Source: Chloroflexota bacterium
Lineage (GTDB): Bacteria; Chloroflexota; Dehalococcoidia; Lucifugimonadales; UBA3495
DNA: 64,000 bases
Assembly: GCA_027623675.1 (NCBI GenBank)
Contig: JAQBVF010000005.1
Span: 64,001 to 128,000, forward strand
Direction: 5' to 3'
Shown: in pieces, positions 10,291-19,276 of the stretch
Layout: every line of letters begins with the position of its first letter
Position numbering within the stretch: the stretch's first letter is position 1
Program-made: the position numbers and the translations under genes
Notes under the pieces: generated by a model
The model's database searches: none
What the model saw: only the letters and a program-made list of their open reading frames with translations
What the model was told of the DNA's origin: nothing

Positions 10291-11214
10291 ATGAAACTGG
10301 TATTCTTCGACGACTTCAAACTGGGCGTGGTCAAAGATGAAACGGTGGTCGATGTCTCGGGGGCGGTCAGCCGGATCACCCACACCTCGCCTCAGGACCT
10401 GATCAACCAGGTGATCGAGAACTTCTCCCGGCACCGTTCCGCCCTGCAAAAGGCGGCGGACAGCGGACCGGGCAAACCGATCGACCAGGTGCGGCTGCGC
10501 TCCCCTCTGCCCAAGCCCCCGAACATCATCTGCATGGCGGTTAACTACATGGAGGACGGCACCCGGGAAGAGCCGGCGCCCATCAACGCTTTCCAGAAAT
10601 CGCCCAACGCGGTGATCGGCGATGGCGACACCATGATTCTGCCGGACATCCCGGCCTCCATCTTCGAGGGCGAGGCCGAGATAGCCTTGGTCATCGGCAA
10701 GAAGGCAAAGAATGTTAAACCCGAAGACGCCTACGACTACATATTCGGCTATATGAATTTCATCGACGGTTCGGCCCGTGGCTTGCAGGCCGGCGGCAAC
10801 ACGTTCTACCAGATGAAGTCCCGGGACACCTTCGCGCCCATGGGCCCCTATCTGGTCACCGCCGATGAGATTGAGGACCCGCAGAATCTAGCCATCAATC
10901 TCTGGGTCAATGAAGACCTGAAACAGTCGTTCAACACCGACGACATGGCCCACAAGATACCCAGGATCATGGAGTGGGTTACCTCGATCCACGAGCTCGA
11001 ACCCGGCGATGTCATTGCCACCGGGACCAATCACCGTGGCCTGAGCGCGCTGCAGGACGGAGACAAGATCGAGCTGGAGGTGCAGGGCCTGGGCGTTTTG
11101 CATTTCAGCACTCGAGACGACCTGAAGCGCACCTGGGCCAGGACCACCCGCCTGGAGATGGCCGAGCAGGGCAAAGAGGGCACCACGCCCCAGTTGACCG
11201 GCAAGTACTCCTAA
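10291..11214 (+). CDS. fumarylacetoacetate hydrolase family protein
   Basis: FEGEAEIALVIGK, KSRDTFAPMGP, LEPGDVIATGT. Confidence 0.9.
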   Translation: MKLVFFDDFKLGVVKDETVVDVSGAVSRITHTSPQDLINQVIENFSRHRSALQKAADSGPGKPIDQVRLRSPLPKPPNIICMAVNYMEDGTREEPAPINAFQKSPNAVIGDGDTMILPDIPASIFEGEAEIALVIGKKAKNVKPEDAYDYIFGYMNFIDGSARGLQAGGNTFYQMKSRDTFAPMGPYLVTADEIEDPQNLAINLWVNEDLKQSFNTDDMAHKIPRIMEWVTSIHELEPGDVIATGTNHRGLSALQDGDKIELEVQGLGVLHFSTRDDLKRTWARTTRLEMAEQGKEGTTPQLTGKYS

Positions 11215-11236
11215 GCAGACCCGCAACAAGGCGAAT

Positions 11237-11261
11237 AACCCTGCCACTAGGCGGGGTTTTT
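11237..11261 (+). terminator. intrinsic terminator
   Basis: AACCCTGCC-ACTA-GGCGGGGTT hairpin followed by a T-run, just after the FAH gene. Confidence 0.7.
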
Positions 11262-11352
11262 CTATTTCTGGACTTCGAATAAAAAACCCGGTGGCGGCGA
11301 TGTATAATCACCTTTCTTTTCCGGGCCACAGACAACCAACAGGAGCGGTCTC

Positions 11353-11595
11353 ATGGCTGAAGACAACAGGCCCCCGATATCCCCCGCGATATCCCCCACG
11401 ATATCCCCCACGATATCCCCCCCGATATCCATGGAAGAGTTCAGGTTCATGGCCGGCCGGGCTGGGCTTGGCATGGACCAGGCTGAACTGGACCACCTGA
11501 AACCCATCTATGAACTGTACCTGCAATACACCGCTCAGATGCACTCCATCGAGTTCGGACCCGAGGAGATGGTGGTGGAGTTTCATCCCGACTGA
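11353..11595 (+). CDS. small hypothetical protein upstream of amidase (possible GatC/AtzG-like subunit)
   Basis: AGGAG RBS; helical core (EEFRFMAGRAGLGMDQAELDHLKPIYE) recalls GatC-type N-termini; co-oriented with the amidase. Confidence 0.6.
   Translation: MAEDNRPPISPAISPTISPTISPPISMEEFRFMAGRAGLGMDQAELDHLKPIYELYLQYTAQMHSIEFGPEEMVVEFHPD
11371..11430 (+). repeat. 12-bp in-frame tandem repeat, 5 copies (core GATATCC)
   Basis: GATAT at 11376, 11388, 11400, 11412, 11424; encodes PISP/AISP/TISP units. Confidence 0.95.
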
Positions 11596-11650
11596 TGCCG
11601 GACCGGCGGCAATTTGGTCCTAACTTATTATCGATAATGGCGGTGGAGAA

Positions 11651-13057
11651 ATGGCGACGGTAGACAAGAACCTGCACCACCTGACGATCCATGAGGCTGG
11701 GAAGCTGTTGAAGAACGGCGAGCTGTCCCCGGTGGAGTTGACCCAGGCATTCTTCAACCGGATCGCGGACACCGAAGACCGGCTGCATTCGTTCATCACC
11801 CTGCTCCCGGACCAAGCTATGGCCGATGCCAGGAACGCCGAGGCGGAGATTCGCAGCGGCCGTTACAAAGGGCCCCTCCACGGCATCCCCATCGCGCTGA
11901 AAGACCTTTACGATACGGCGGGTGTCCGGACCACATCCGGTTCGCGAGTCGACTTCGACCGCGTCCCCACCGCCGACTCCACGCCAACGGCCCGGCTGAA
12001 AGAGGCCGGGGCCATACTGCTGGGCAAGCTGACCATGCACGAATTCGCCTTGGGCGGCCCCGACTGGACCACTCCATTCGAGCCGGCCAGGAACCCCTGG
12101 AACCTGGACCACATCACCGGCGGCTCTAGCAGCGGGTCAGCCTCCGCCGTCTCCTCCGGACAGGCCATGGGCGCGCTGGGGTCTTGCACCGGCGGGTCCA
12201 TCCGCGGCCCGGCATCTCTCTGCGGCATCGTCGGGTTGAAGCCCACCTACGGCCGGGTCAGCCGCTCGGGCGTGGTTACCCTTAGTTGGTCCCAGGACCA
12301 CGTAGGCCCCATGACCTGGACAGTGGAAGACAGCGCCTACATGCTGCAGGCCATCGCCGGTCACGACCCCAAAGACCCCACCAGCAGCCGCGCGCCGGTG
12401 CCTGATTATTCGGCCTCGCTGCGTGAGGGGCTAAAGGGCAAGATCATCGGACTGCCCCGTCACTATTTCTTCGACGCCGACCCTAGCGTGAACCCGGAGG
12501 TGGTGGCGGTTGTCGAAAAGGCGGTGGCCGAACTGGAGTCACTGGGCGCCAGGATCGAGGAAGTGGAACTGCCCAGTCTGGACTACGTCCGCGCCGCCAA
12601 CACCATAATCATGGTCAGCGAGGCCTACGCCTTTCACGAGCCAAACTTGAAAACGCGGCCCCAGGACTTCGGCGAGATCGTGCGGGCCCGGTTCCGGATC
12701 GGCGGCATGCTCAGCGCCGCCGACTACCTGCAGGCCCAGCGCTGCCGCCAATGGAGCAAGCGCGAGTTCGCGGCGGCCCTGCGCAAGGTGGACCTGTTCG
12801 TGACCCCGACCATGACCCAGCCAGCCGCTGCTTTCGAGGGCTACGACCCAATCGACACCATCCGTGGCCGAAGTTTCACCGCGCCGTTCAACGTTACCGG
12901 TCTGCCGGCCATATCAGTGCCCTGCGGCTTTACCGAGGCGGGGCTGCCGGTGGGCATGCAGATCGCCGGTAAACCCTTCGACGAACCCAGCGTCATCCAG
13001 GCGGCCTTTGCTTATCAGCAGCACGCCCGCTGGTACGAGCAGCGCCCGAATATCTAA
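11651..13057 (+). CDS. amidase-signature family amidase (GatA/AtzE-like)
   Basis: GPLHGIPIALKD, GGSSSGS, GSCTGGSIRGPA, GLKPTYGRVS. Confidence 0.93.
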   Translation: MATVDKNLHHLTIHEAGKLLKNGELSPVELTQAFFNRIADTEDRLHSFITLLPDQAMADARNAEAEIRSGRYKGPLHGIPIALKDLYDTAGVRTTSGSRVDFDRVPTADSTPTARLKEAGAILLGKLTMHEFALGGPDWTTPFEPARNPWNLDHITGGSSSGSASAVSSGQAMGALGSCTGGSIRGPASLCGIVGLKPTYGRVSRSGVVTLSWSQDHVGPMTWTVEDSAYMLQAIAGHDPKDPTSSRAPVPDYSASLREGLKGKIIGLPRHYFFDADPSVNPEVVAVVEKAVAELESLGARIEEVELPSLDYVRAANTIIMVSEAYAFHEPNLKTRPQDFGEIVRARFRIGGMLSAADYLQAQRCRQWSKREFAAALRKVDLFVTPTMTQPAAAFEGYDPIDTIRGRSFTAPFNVTGLPAISVPCGFTEAGLPVGMQIAGKPFDEPSVIQAAFAYQQHARWYEQRPNI

Positions 13058-13216
13058 CCCCGGAGTTGGTCTGGCAAAAGCTGCTGGACATCCAGAGATT
13101 ACATAACGTGGAAGAGATCATCGTTGTCACGGCGATTAACGACTTTCAGAAGCGGCTCCGGTCGTATGAACTGTTGAGCCAGGTCGCAGCCAAAGCACAG
13201 AAAGGCGGAAAGCAAC

Positions 13217-14566
13217 ATGAGTGAGCGCAAGATGCGGTTGGGCGCATTTCTTTCGGGCAGCGGCGGGAACATGGCTTCCTGGCGGCACCCGACTTCGGTG
13301 CCCGACGGCGCGGTGAATCTGGAATACTATAAGACCATGACCCTGAAGGCCGAGGACGCCAAGTTGGACTTTGTCTTCTTCGGCGACGGGCTCTACATCA
13401 GCGAGAAGTCTCACCCCAACTTCCTGAACCGCTTCGAGCCGCTGACCCTGCTGGCCGCGCTGTCCCAGGTCACCACCAAGATCGGACTCGCCGCCACGCT
13501 TTCCACTACCTACAGCGACCCCTACACCGTGGCCCGGCAGTTCTCGTCCATCGACCATCTGAGCAACGGGCGGGCCGGCTGGAACATCGTGACGTCGCCC
13601 CTCGAGGGTTCCGCGGCCAACTACAGCAAGCCCGAGCATCCCCAGCACGACCTGCGTTACCGCATGGCGGGTGAGTTCGTGGAGATCACCAAGGGCTTAT
13701 GGGACTCCTGGGAGGATGACGCCTTCATCCGCGATAAAAAGTCAGGGGTTTTCATCGACCCTAAGAAGCTGCACCGGTTGGACCATGTGGGAGAGTTCTA
13801 TTCCGTGCAGGGCCCGTTGAACATATCCCGCTCCAAACAGGGCCGGCCCATATTGATACAAGCCGGTTCGTCGGAATCGGGGCGGGGTTTCGCGGCCACC
13901 GTCGCCGATGCCATCTTCACCGGCCAGGCGACCAGCGCCGATGCCACCGGGTTCTACCAAGACATCAAGCAGCGGGCGGCCAACGCGGGACGTGATCCCG
14001 GAGAAGTGCTGATCCTGCCCGGGTGCTCGCCCATCGTCGGCGCCACGCCGGAGGAGGCTGAGGCCAAGTACCAGGAGATCGCCAACCTGGTGGTCATCGA
14101 GGATGCCCTCAACTACCTGGGCCGGTACTTCAACGACATGGACTTCTCGCCCTACGAGTTGGACGGCCCATTCCCCGACCTGGGCGACTTCGGACGAAAC
14201 GGCTGGGAGAGCACCACGGACCGGATCAAGCAGTTGGCCAAGGACGAGAACCTGACCCTGCGGGAGATGGCCATCCGCTCCACCACTCCCAGGAACGAGT
14301 TCATCGGCACGCCGGCCCAGGTGGCCGACACGATGCAAGCCTGGTTCGAGGGAGGCTCGGCTGACGGCTTCATGCTGGTCCCCAGCGTGTTGCCCCAGGG
14401 CCTCAACGATTTCGTGGACCAGGTGCTGCCCATCCTGAAGGACCGGGGCCTGTTCCGCACCGAGTACGAGGCCGACACCCTGCGCGGCAACCTGGGTCTG
14501 CCCAAGCCGGAGAACCGGTATGCCAAGAAAGCCAACGCGCGGGATGCCGGGGTAAGAAGCTCCTGA
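13217..14566 (+). CDS. LLM-class flavin-dependent monooxygenase, NtaA/DmoA/SnaA type
   Basis: [54 protein letters not shown]. Confidence 0.92.
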   Translation: MSERKMRLGAFLSGSGGNMASWRHPTSVPDGAVNLEYYKTMTLKAEDAKLDFVFFGDGLYISEKSHPNFLNRFEPLTLLAALSQVTTKIGLAATLSTTYSDPYTVARQFSSIDHLSNGRAGWNIVTSPLEGSAANYSKPEHPQHDLRYRMAGEFVEITKGLWDSWEDDAFIRDKKSGVFIDPKKLHRLDHVGEFYSVQGPLNISRSKQGRPILIQAGSSESGRGFAATVADAIFTGQATSADATGFYQDIKQRAANAGRDPGEVLILPGCSPIVGATPEEAEAKYQEIANLVVIEDALNYLGRYFNDMDFSPYELDGPFPDLGDFGRNGWESTTDRIKQLAKDENLTLREMAIRSTTPRNEFIGTPAQVADTMQAWFEGGSADGFMLVPSVLPQGLNDFVDQVLPILKDRGLFRTEYEADTLRGNLGLPKPENRYAKKANARDAGVRSS

Positions 14567-14589
14567 AGATATTGCACTTCGGCCTGGGT

Positions 14590-14657
14590 GGTCCCTCGAC
14601 AGGCTCAGGATGAGCGGATGGAGGAGGACGGTCCCTCGACGGGCTCAAGATGAGCGG
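14590..14657 (+). repeat. two direct copies of a ~28-bp REP-like element (GGTCCCTCGACRGGCTCARGATGAGCGG)
   Basis: Copies at 14590-14617 and 14630-14657 (40-bp period); related copies at 24756-24859. Confidence 0.8.
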
Positions 14658-14749
14658 GACGAGTGGACGACGAAAGCGAAACGTTCGTGGTGTCCTTCCG
14701 CGGAAGGACGTTGGGTCAACGGGCACGAGTAAAACGAGGAGACATAACC

Positions 14750-15328
14750 TTGCCAACGTTATTGGGGATCCACGGCACGGTGACCAGCCCGGGCCGTTTG
14801 CACCAGGCCCTGGAGATGGCCTTGGCTGCCGCGTCGGCCAGCGACCCTTCGGTGACGGCCGGGTTGCTCCATCTGGGCGGCCACCAGATATCCTTCGCCG
14901 ATGGACGCCCGCCGGAGGCCTACGGTGACGACACCCAGAAGGTGTTGGAGCAGGTGATGGCCGCAGACATGTACCTGATCGCCACTCCCATCTTCCGTGC
15001 ATCTTTCACCGGCGCGCTGAAGAACCTGCTGGACCATGTCCCCGTTGAGGGGCTGATGGGCAAGGCGTGCGGACTCATTGGCATGGGCGCCACCGACCAT
15101 CACTACCTGACTGTGGACACCCAACTCAGGCCGGTGTTGGCCTGGTTCGGGGCGCACCTGGTGCCCGGTGGTGTCTACCTCCAATCGCAGCACTTCCAAG
15201 ACGGCAAGCTGGCCGACCCCAAAGCTATCGCTGCGCTGGAGTCCCTGGGACGCGCAGTTGTGTCGTTGCACAAAGCTGCGTCGTCCAACAGCGAATCAGC
15301 CGGCCCTTCGCCCTTGGCAGCCGGATAG
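14750..15328 (+). CDS. NAD(P)H-dependent FMN reductase (SsuE/MsuE-like)
   Basis: Flavodoxin-like fold motif ATPIFRASFTGALKNLLD and QLRPVL; GAGGAG RBS before TTG at 14750; adjacent to the LLM monooxygenase. Confidence 0.88.
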   Translation: MPTLLGIHGTVTSPGRLHQALEMALAAASASDPSVTAGLLHLGGHQISFADGRPPEAYGDDTQKVLEQVMAADMYLIATPIFRASFTGALKNLLDHVPVEGLMGKACGLIGMGATDHHYLTVDTQLRPVLAWFGAHLVPGGVYLQSQHFQDGKLADPKAIAALESLGRAVVSLHKAASSNSESAGPSPLAAG

Positions 15329-15340
15329 CCGGAAGCCGTT

Positions 15341-16072
15341 TTGAAGTCCATCGACACCACCCTATTCCTGGAGACCCAGGCCGAGTCGGGAGAGCTTGTA
15401 CCCTACGGGGTCCCAATCACCGCCTACCCCACAAGCTCGGGAGCTATCTTGGTCAACACTCCCGGATCGGGGGAGCTGAAGGACGGTCGCGAAGACCGTT
15501 GGCGGAACCTGGGCCTGCACCTACAGGAGCGGGGCTTGGCGTCCCTGGTGACCTACAACGCGCCCCGACCGGATTTCCAGGTCCAGTTGGAATGGGAGCC
15601 GTACTCGTATCGGGGCGCCAGTTGGAATAAGCTGCTCATCGAGAGTCTGTGCCACACCATAGACTGGTCATTGGAGAATGCGGTCCGATTGAGCGGGACT
15701 GAGTCCCCGGAGATATTCCTGATGGGATTCTCCTCCGGCGGCTCGGCGGTCGGGGCCGTGGCCCACCGGTATCCCAGCGTCCGGCGGATACTATTGCTCT
15801 CCACCTACGACAGCGTGGGAGAGCCGTTCTATGAAGGGGTCTCGGCCTTCACCGGAGACATCTACCTGGTCTACGGCGACGAAGACCCCATGGCCGGCTG
15901 GTTGGCCCGCATATTGCGCACTGGGAAGTTGGCCGCCCGGTCTTTCTTGATCAGGGAGGCTCCCCAATGCGGCCACCGCTTCGACGGCGAGGCAAACACC
16001 CAACTGCTCACCCAGGCCGTTCACTGGGCCTTCGAAGGCGATAATAGTCAGCCCATAAATGCGAATCACTAG
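15341..16072 (+). CDS. alpha/beta hydrolase fold protein
   Basis: GFSSGG nucleophile elbow, YGDEDP (Asp), CGHRF (His). Confidence 0.75.
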   Translation: MKSIDTTLFLETQAESGELVPYGVPITAYPTSSGAILVNTPGSGELKDGREDRWRNLGLHLQERGLASLVTYNAPRPDFQVQLEWEPYSYRGASWNKLLIESLCHTIDWSLENAVRLSGTESPEIFLMGFSSGGSAVGAVAHRYPSVRRILLLSTYDSVGEPFYEGVSAFTGDIYLVYGDEDPMAGWLARILRTGKLAARSFLIREAPQCGHRFDGEANTQLLTQAVHWAFEGDNSQPINANH

Positions 16073-16102
16073 CCGCTAGATCACAAAACGAGGAGAGAAA
16101 CG

Positions 16103-16642
16103 ATGCCAAGAGCGACAGTTTATCTGGGAGACCCCGCCGGCCAGGCGCTGGTCAAGGGGACCTGGAAGTACGCCCGGGGTTACGTGCCCGGCCAGCCCAA
16201 CGAGGGTCTGGTGGAGCAGACTGAAGGCAGCCCGGCCCGGCTGGCCGATTACGACGACTCAGGTTGGGAGGTCTGCCACGACCTGGCCGAGCGCATGTCC
16301 CACGGGTTCAGCTTCATGTGGTACCGGATCAAGATCACCCTCCCCGACGAGGTGGACGGAAACCCCGTGGCGGGAGTGCGGGTGCAGTTCGAGACCTGCA
16401 TCGACGATTACGGCGAGATCTGGATCAACGGCGAATGCAACCGGGACCGGGGCGTCATTCAGGGATTCAATGTCCCCCAACGGGTGCTGCTCAGCGACAG
16501 CGCCGTGCCCGGCTCCCAGCACACCATCGCGCTACTCGCGGCCAACGGCCCGCTGGCCGCCCCCGGCGGCACGGTCTTCTGCCGCTACGCCAACCTTGGA
16601 TTCGAGTGGACGGGGAGCAAGAGCAGGCCGAACGGCCCTTAA
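16103..16642 (+). CDS. hypothetical protein resembling a galactose-binding/GH2 N-terminal jelly-roll domain
   Basis: YDDSGWE, MWYRIKITLP, IDDYGEIWING motifs; GAGGAG RBS. Confidence 0.65.
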   Translation: MPRATVYLGDPAGQALVKGTWKYARGYVPGQPNEGLVEQTEGSPARLADYDDSGWEVCHDLAERMSHGFSFMWYRIKITLPDEVDGNPVAGVRVQFETCIDDYGEIWINGECNRDRGVIQGFNVPQRVLLSDSAVPGSQHTIALLAANGPLAAPGGTVFCRYANLGFEWTGSKSRPNGP

Positions 16643-16947
16643 CCCATAAATGGAGGAGAACATGAAAAACGCCGAATTCTGGATGAGCTGTGCCGAGGCT
16701 CCCATTGTATTGTTCTTTGTTGCCATGACCATAGTGGGTCTTTCCGAGACGCTGGCAGGTCGAGGAATAAACCCAATCACAATCCAGATCGCGGGGCTTT
16801 TTCTCATGCTGATTGTGGCCGCGAGATCCATTCATAAGGTTATAGACTATTGGCGTGGCAAAAACATAGATTCGGAATCTGCCCTCTAGAGGCCCCCGGC
16901 GGCACGGTCTTCTGCCGCTACGCCAACCTGGGGTTCGAGTGGACGGG
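16559..16947 (+). repeat. 56-bp direct repeat (16559-16614 and 16892-16947) duplicating the 3' end of gene 16103-16642
   Basis: 54/56 identical; both mismatches are synonymous third positions (CTT GGA vs CTG GGG). Confidence 0.95.
16662..16889 (+). CDS. small two-TM hypothetical membrane protein in a lower-GC insert
   Basis: GGAGGAG RBS before ATG 16662; two hydrophobic stretches; lies between the 56-bp repeats. Confidence 0.6.
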   Translation: MKNAEFWMSCAEAPIVLFFVAMTIVGLSETLAGRGINPITIQIAGLFLMLIVAARSIHKVIDYWRGKNIDSESAL

Positions 16948-17290
16948 TGTTTAGCTTTCTGGAGTTGGGCAAAGCCTCCTTATGGACAATTAGCCTCTGG
17001 CCCCAAACGTTTCTGGTAGAGCCGTAAAGCCCCCAAAGATATGCGAAGGACGGCTCGTCCAGACCATGCGCTGGCAGAGACCGGGCCACGAGTTCAGACA
17101 CTATCAATCAGGTGCGGGTTTACCCCGAATCTGCGTTCTTTCTGGAAAGGGGTGGCCAAGCGGCACAAACGGCGTTTCGTCTATGGTAAAATTCTGCGCA
17201 AACGCGCACCTGACGAGCCCGCTCTGAGGCTAAACTCACCGGGCTGCCCGTTAGATGTACCGGGCAGACCCTTGGAAAGCGAACCACCAG

Positions 17291-18088
17291 ATGGCGACCA
17301 TTCGGTTCACGATAAAAAGATATCCCCTCTTAGGTGTCTGGCTGTCCCATTTCTTTGAGCTAGGCATCGTGGCGGGCGGGTATTTCGCCTATATGTACAC
17401 GAAGTCGTTGGTGTTTTCCGACTTCCAGACAACCGCATTCAACAACGCCTGGCGGGTGATTAAATTCGAGAGCGATTTGGGGATATTCTGGGAACCGGTG
17501 ATGCAGGCTTGGGCCATAGATAGCGCCAAAGCCATGGTGGTGTTCTTCAACTGGGCCTACATCGTCACCTTCTGGCCGATAATCCTCACCACGGCCGTGA
17601 TCCTATATTTCACCAACCGGACCAAGTACCGGTACTACAGAAACGTGGTGTTGGTTAGCTTCGCGATCGCCGTGGTCGCCTTCATGGTCTTCCCGCTGGC
17701 CCCGCCGCGGATGATGGCCCTGTATTTCATCGACACCATCCAGGTCTTCGGCCCCTCCGAGTATGCCAGCCGCGAGATGGTCAACTACTTCAACGCCTTC
17801 GCCGCGATGCCCAGTCTCCACTTTGCCTGGACGGTCATGTTCGGACTGCTTTTCTTGAAGACGCCGTACCTCTGGCTCAAGATATTGGGCGTCATCTACC
17901 CGACGATGACGTTTTTCGCCATCACGATCACCGCCAACCATTACATGACCGATGCCTTGGGCGGCGGACTGGTTATCTTGAGCTCCTACCTGATCGTGGA
18001 AATCGGGTTCAAACGGCGCTTCTTCATCCCGCAGATCGCCAACCGGGTGAGGCGGCGGAACGGCTCCGGCACCTCCTTGCCCGTCTAG
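17291..18088 (+). CDS. PAP2 superfamily membrane protein (Aur1/IPC-synthase-like, PAP2_3)
   Basis: FPLAPPR, AAMPSLH, TANHYMTD motifs and multiple TM helices; start uncertain. Confidence 0.85.
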   Translation: MATIRFTIKRYPLLGVWLSHFFELGIVAGGYFAYMYTKSLVFSDFQTTAFNNAWRVIKFESDLGIFWEPVMQAWAIDSAKAMVVFFNWAYIVTFWPIILTTAVILYFTNRTKYRYYRNVVLVSFAIAVVAFMVFPLAPPRMMALYFIDTIQVFGPSEYASREMVNYFNAFAAMPSLHFAWTVMFGLLFLKTPYLWLKILGVIYPTMTFFAITITANHYMTDALGGGLVILSSYLIVEIGFKRRFFIPQIANRVRRRNGSGTSLPV

Positions 18089-18272
18089 GTCCCGGCGTTC
18101 CGGCCTCACAGCACCTACGTGGGCGGAGCTTGGGTTGCTTTAGAGCACCCGTTTATTCGGCCAACCATCCGGCGTGATTCCGGCTCGTTTGGTCCGATTG
18201 CCGGCCAGTCAATTTTCATCGAGTGCTTCATCGAGTGCTTCATCGAGTGAACGAAGGACGCCTGCATCCACC

Positions 18273-19019
18273 ATGACCACCACAGGGCCGAGAAATGGCA
18301 GTTTGCTGGTGCACGGCGGCAGCTCTTCAGGGCAGCTAGACCGAGAAACCATCGCCAGATTCGTCGCCCTCGCCGGCGGCCCGGGGAGTGACGTTGTCTA
18401 CATCCCGACCGCCGAGGAAGAGACAAAGCTTTCGCAGAAGAATGGCGACACCGGCCGGTTCCACGGCCTGAACTCCACCGTGCTCCACACCCGCGACCAG
18501 GGCCAAGCCAACTCGGACTCTTTCGTAGAACCCATACGGAAAGCCAGGGCTGTTTTCATCGAAGGCGGCCGGCAGCCAAGGCTTGCCGAGTCGTACTTGA
18601 ACACCAAGACACATCAGGAGCTTGAGAGCCTTCTGGAGCGCGGCGGCGTGGTCGCGGGAACGTCGGCGGGGGCCACCATGATAGGCTCGTTCCTCATCAG
18701 GAACCAAGGCGCTCCCGGCTATGACCCCGACGTGGTGTTGGACCCGGACCACCCCTCAGAAGGATTTGGCTTCTTGAGGAACGTGGCCATCGACCAGCAT
18801 ATCTCGGCGAGGGGCCGCGAGCACGACCTGGTACCGGTGATCGAATCTCACCCTGGATTGCTGGGCATCGGGATCGACGAATACACCGCCATCCACGTCC
18901 GGGGCGGCGAGTTTGAAGTTATCGGCGAGGGCCAGGTTTACATCCACGACGGCGTTGTTCCCTGGTATATGCTTACCCGCGGGGCCAGGTTTGACCTGAG
19001 GGCCATGCGCGCCATCTGA
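18273..19019 (+). CDS. cyanophycinase-like serine peptidase (S51)
   Basis: GTSAGA (Ser), IDQH (His), IGIDE (Glu), IPTA, GGRQ; start at ATG 18273. Confidence 0.88.
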   Translation: MTTTGPRNGSLLVHGGSSSGQLDRETIARFVALAGGPGSDVVYIPTAEEETKLSQKNGDTGRFHGLNSTVLHTRDQGQANSDSFVEPIRKARAVFIEGGRQPRLAESYLNTKTHQELESLLERGGVVAGTSAGATMIGSFLIRNQGAPGYDPDVVLDPDHPSEGFGFLRNVAIDQHISARGREHDLVPVIESHPGLLGIGIDEYTAIHVRGGEFEVIGEGQVYIHDGVVPWYMLTRGARFDLRAMRAI

Positions 19020-19113
19020 CCGGGATTCCCGCTCGCTACCGACCGGTTCGGCCCGCCGTGCTACGCCGCCGTATGCTAAAATTTCTGGTGGACCGGTCTT
19101 TCGGCCCGAACGT

Positions 19114-19188
19114 GGGGGTGTAGCTCAGCGGGAGAGCACCTGCTTTGCATGCAGGGGGCCAGGGGTTCGATCCCCCTCACCTCCACCA
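19114..19188 (+). tRNA. tRNA-Ala(TGC)
   Basis: Cloverleaf: GGGGGTG/CACCTCC acceptor with G3:U70, CCTGC-TT-TGC-AT-GCAGG anticodon arm, GGTTCGA T-loop, CCA end. Confidence 0.97.
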
Positions 19189-19276
19189 ATCTTCACTTTT
19201 TCTCCATTAACTAATAACTAACTTAACGTCCGTTCACGGTTTCACATTCCGGCGATCATAGGCGCGAGGTGCGGTG

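Noticed and set aside
11651..13057. Calling the amidase gatA
   Set aside because: No gatB adjacent and the sequence lacks GatA-specific features such as the DEFAMGS motif (it has HEFALGG); treated as a catabolic amidase.
16559..16947. Possible DGR template/variable repeat pair
   Set aside because: Only two mismatches, both synonymous and not a consistent adenine-specific pattern; no reverse transcriptase in the window.
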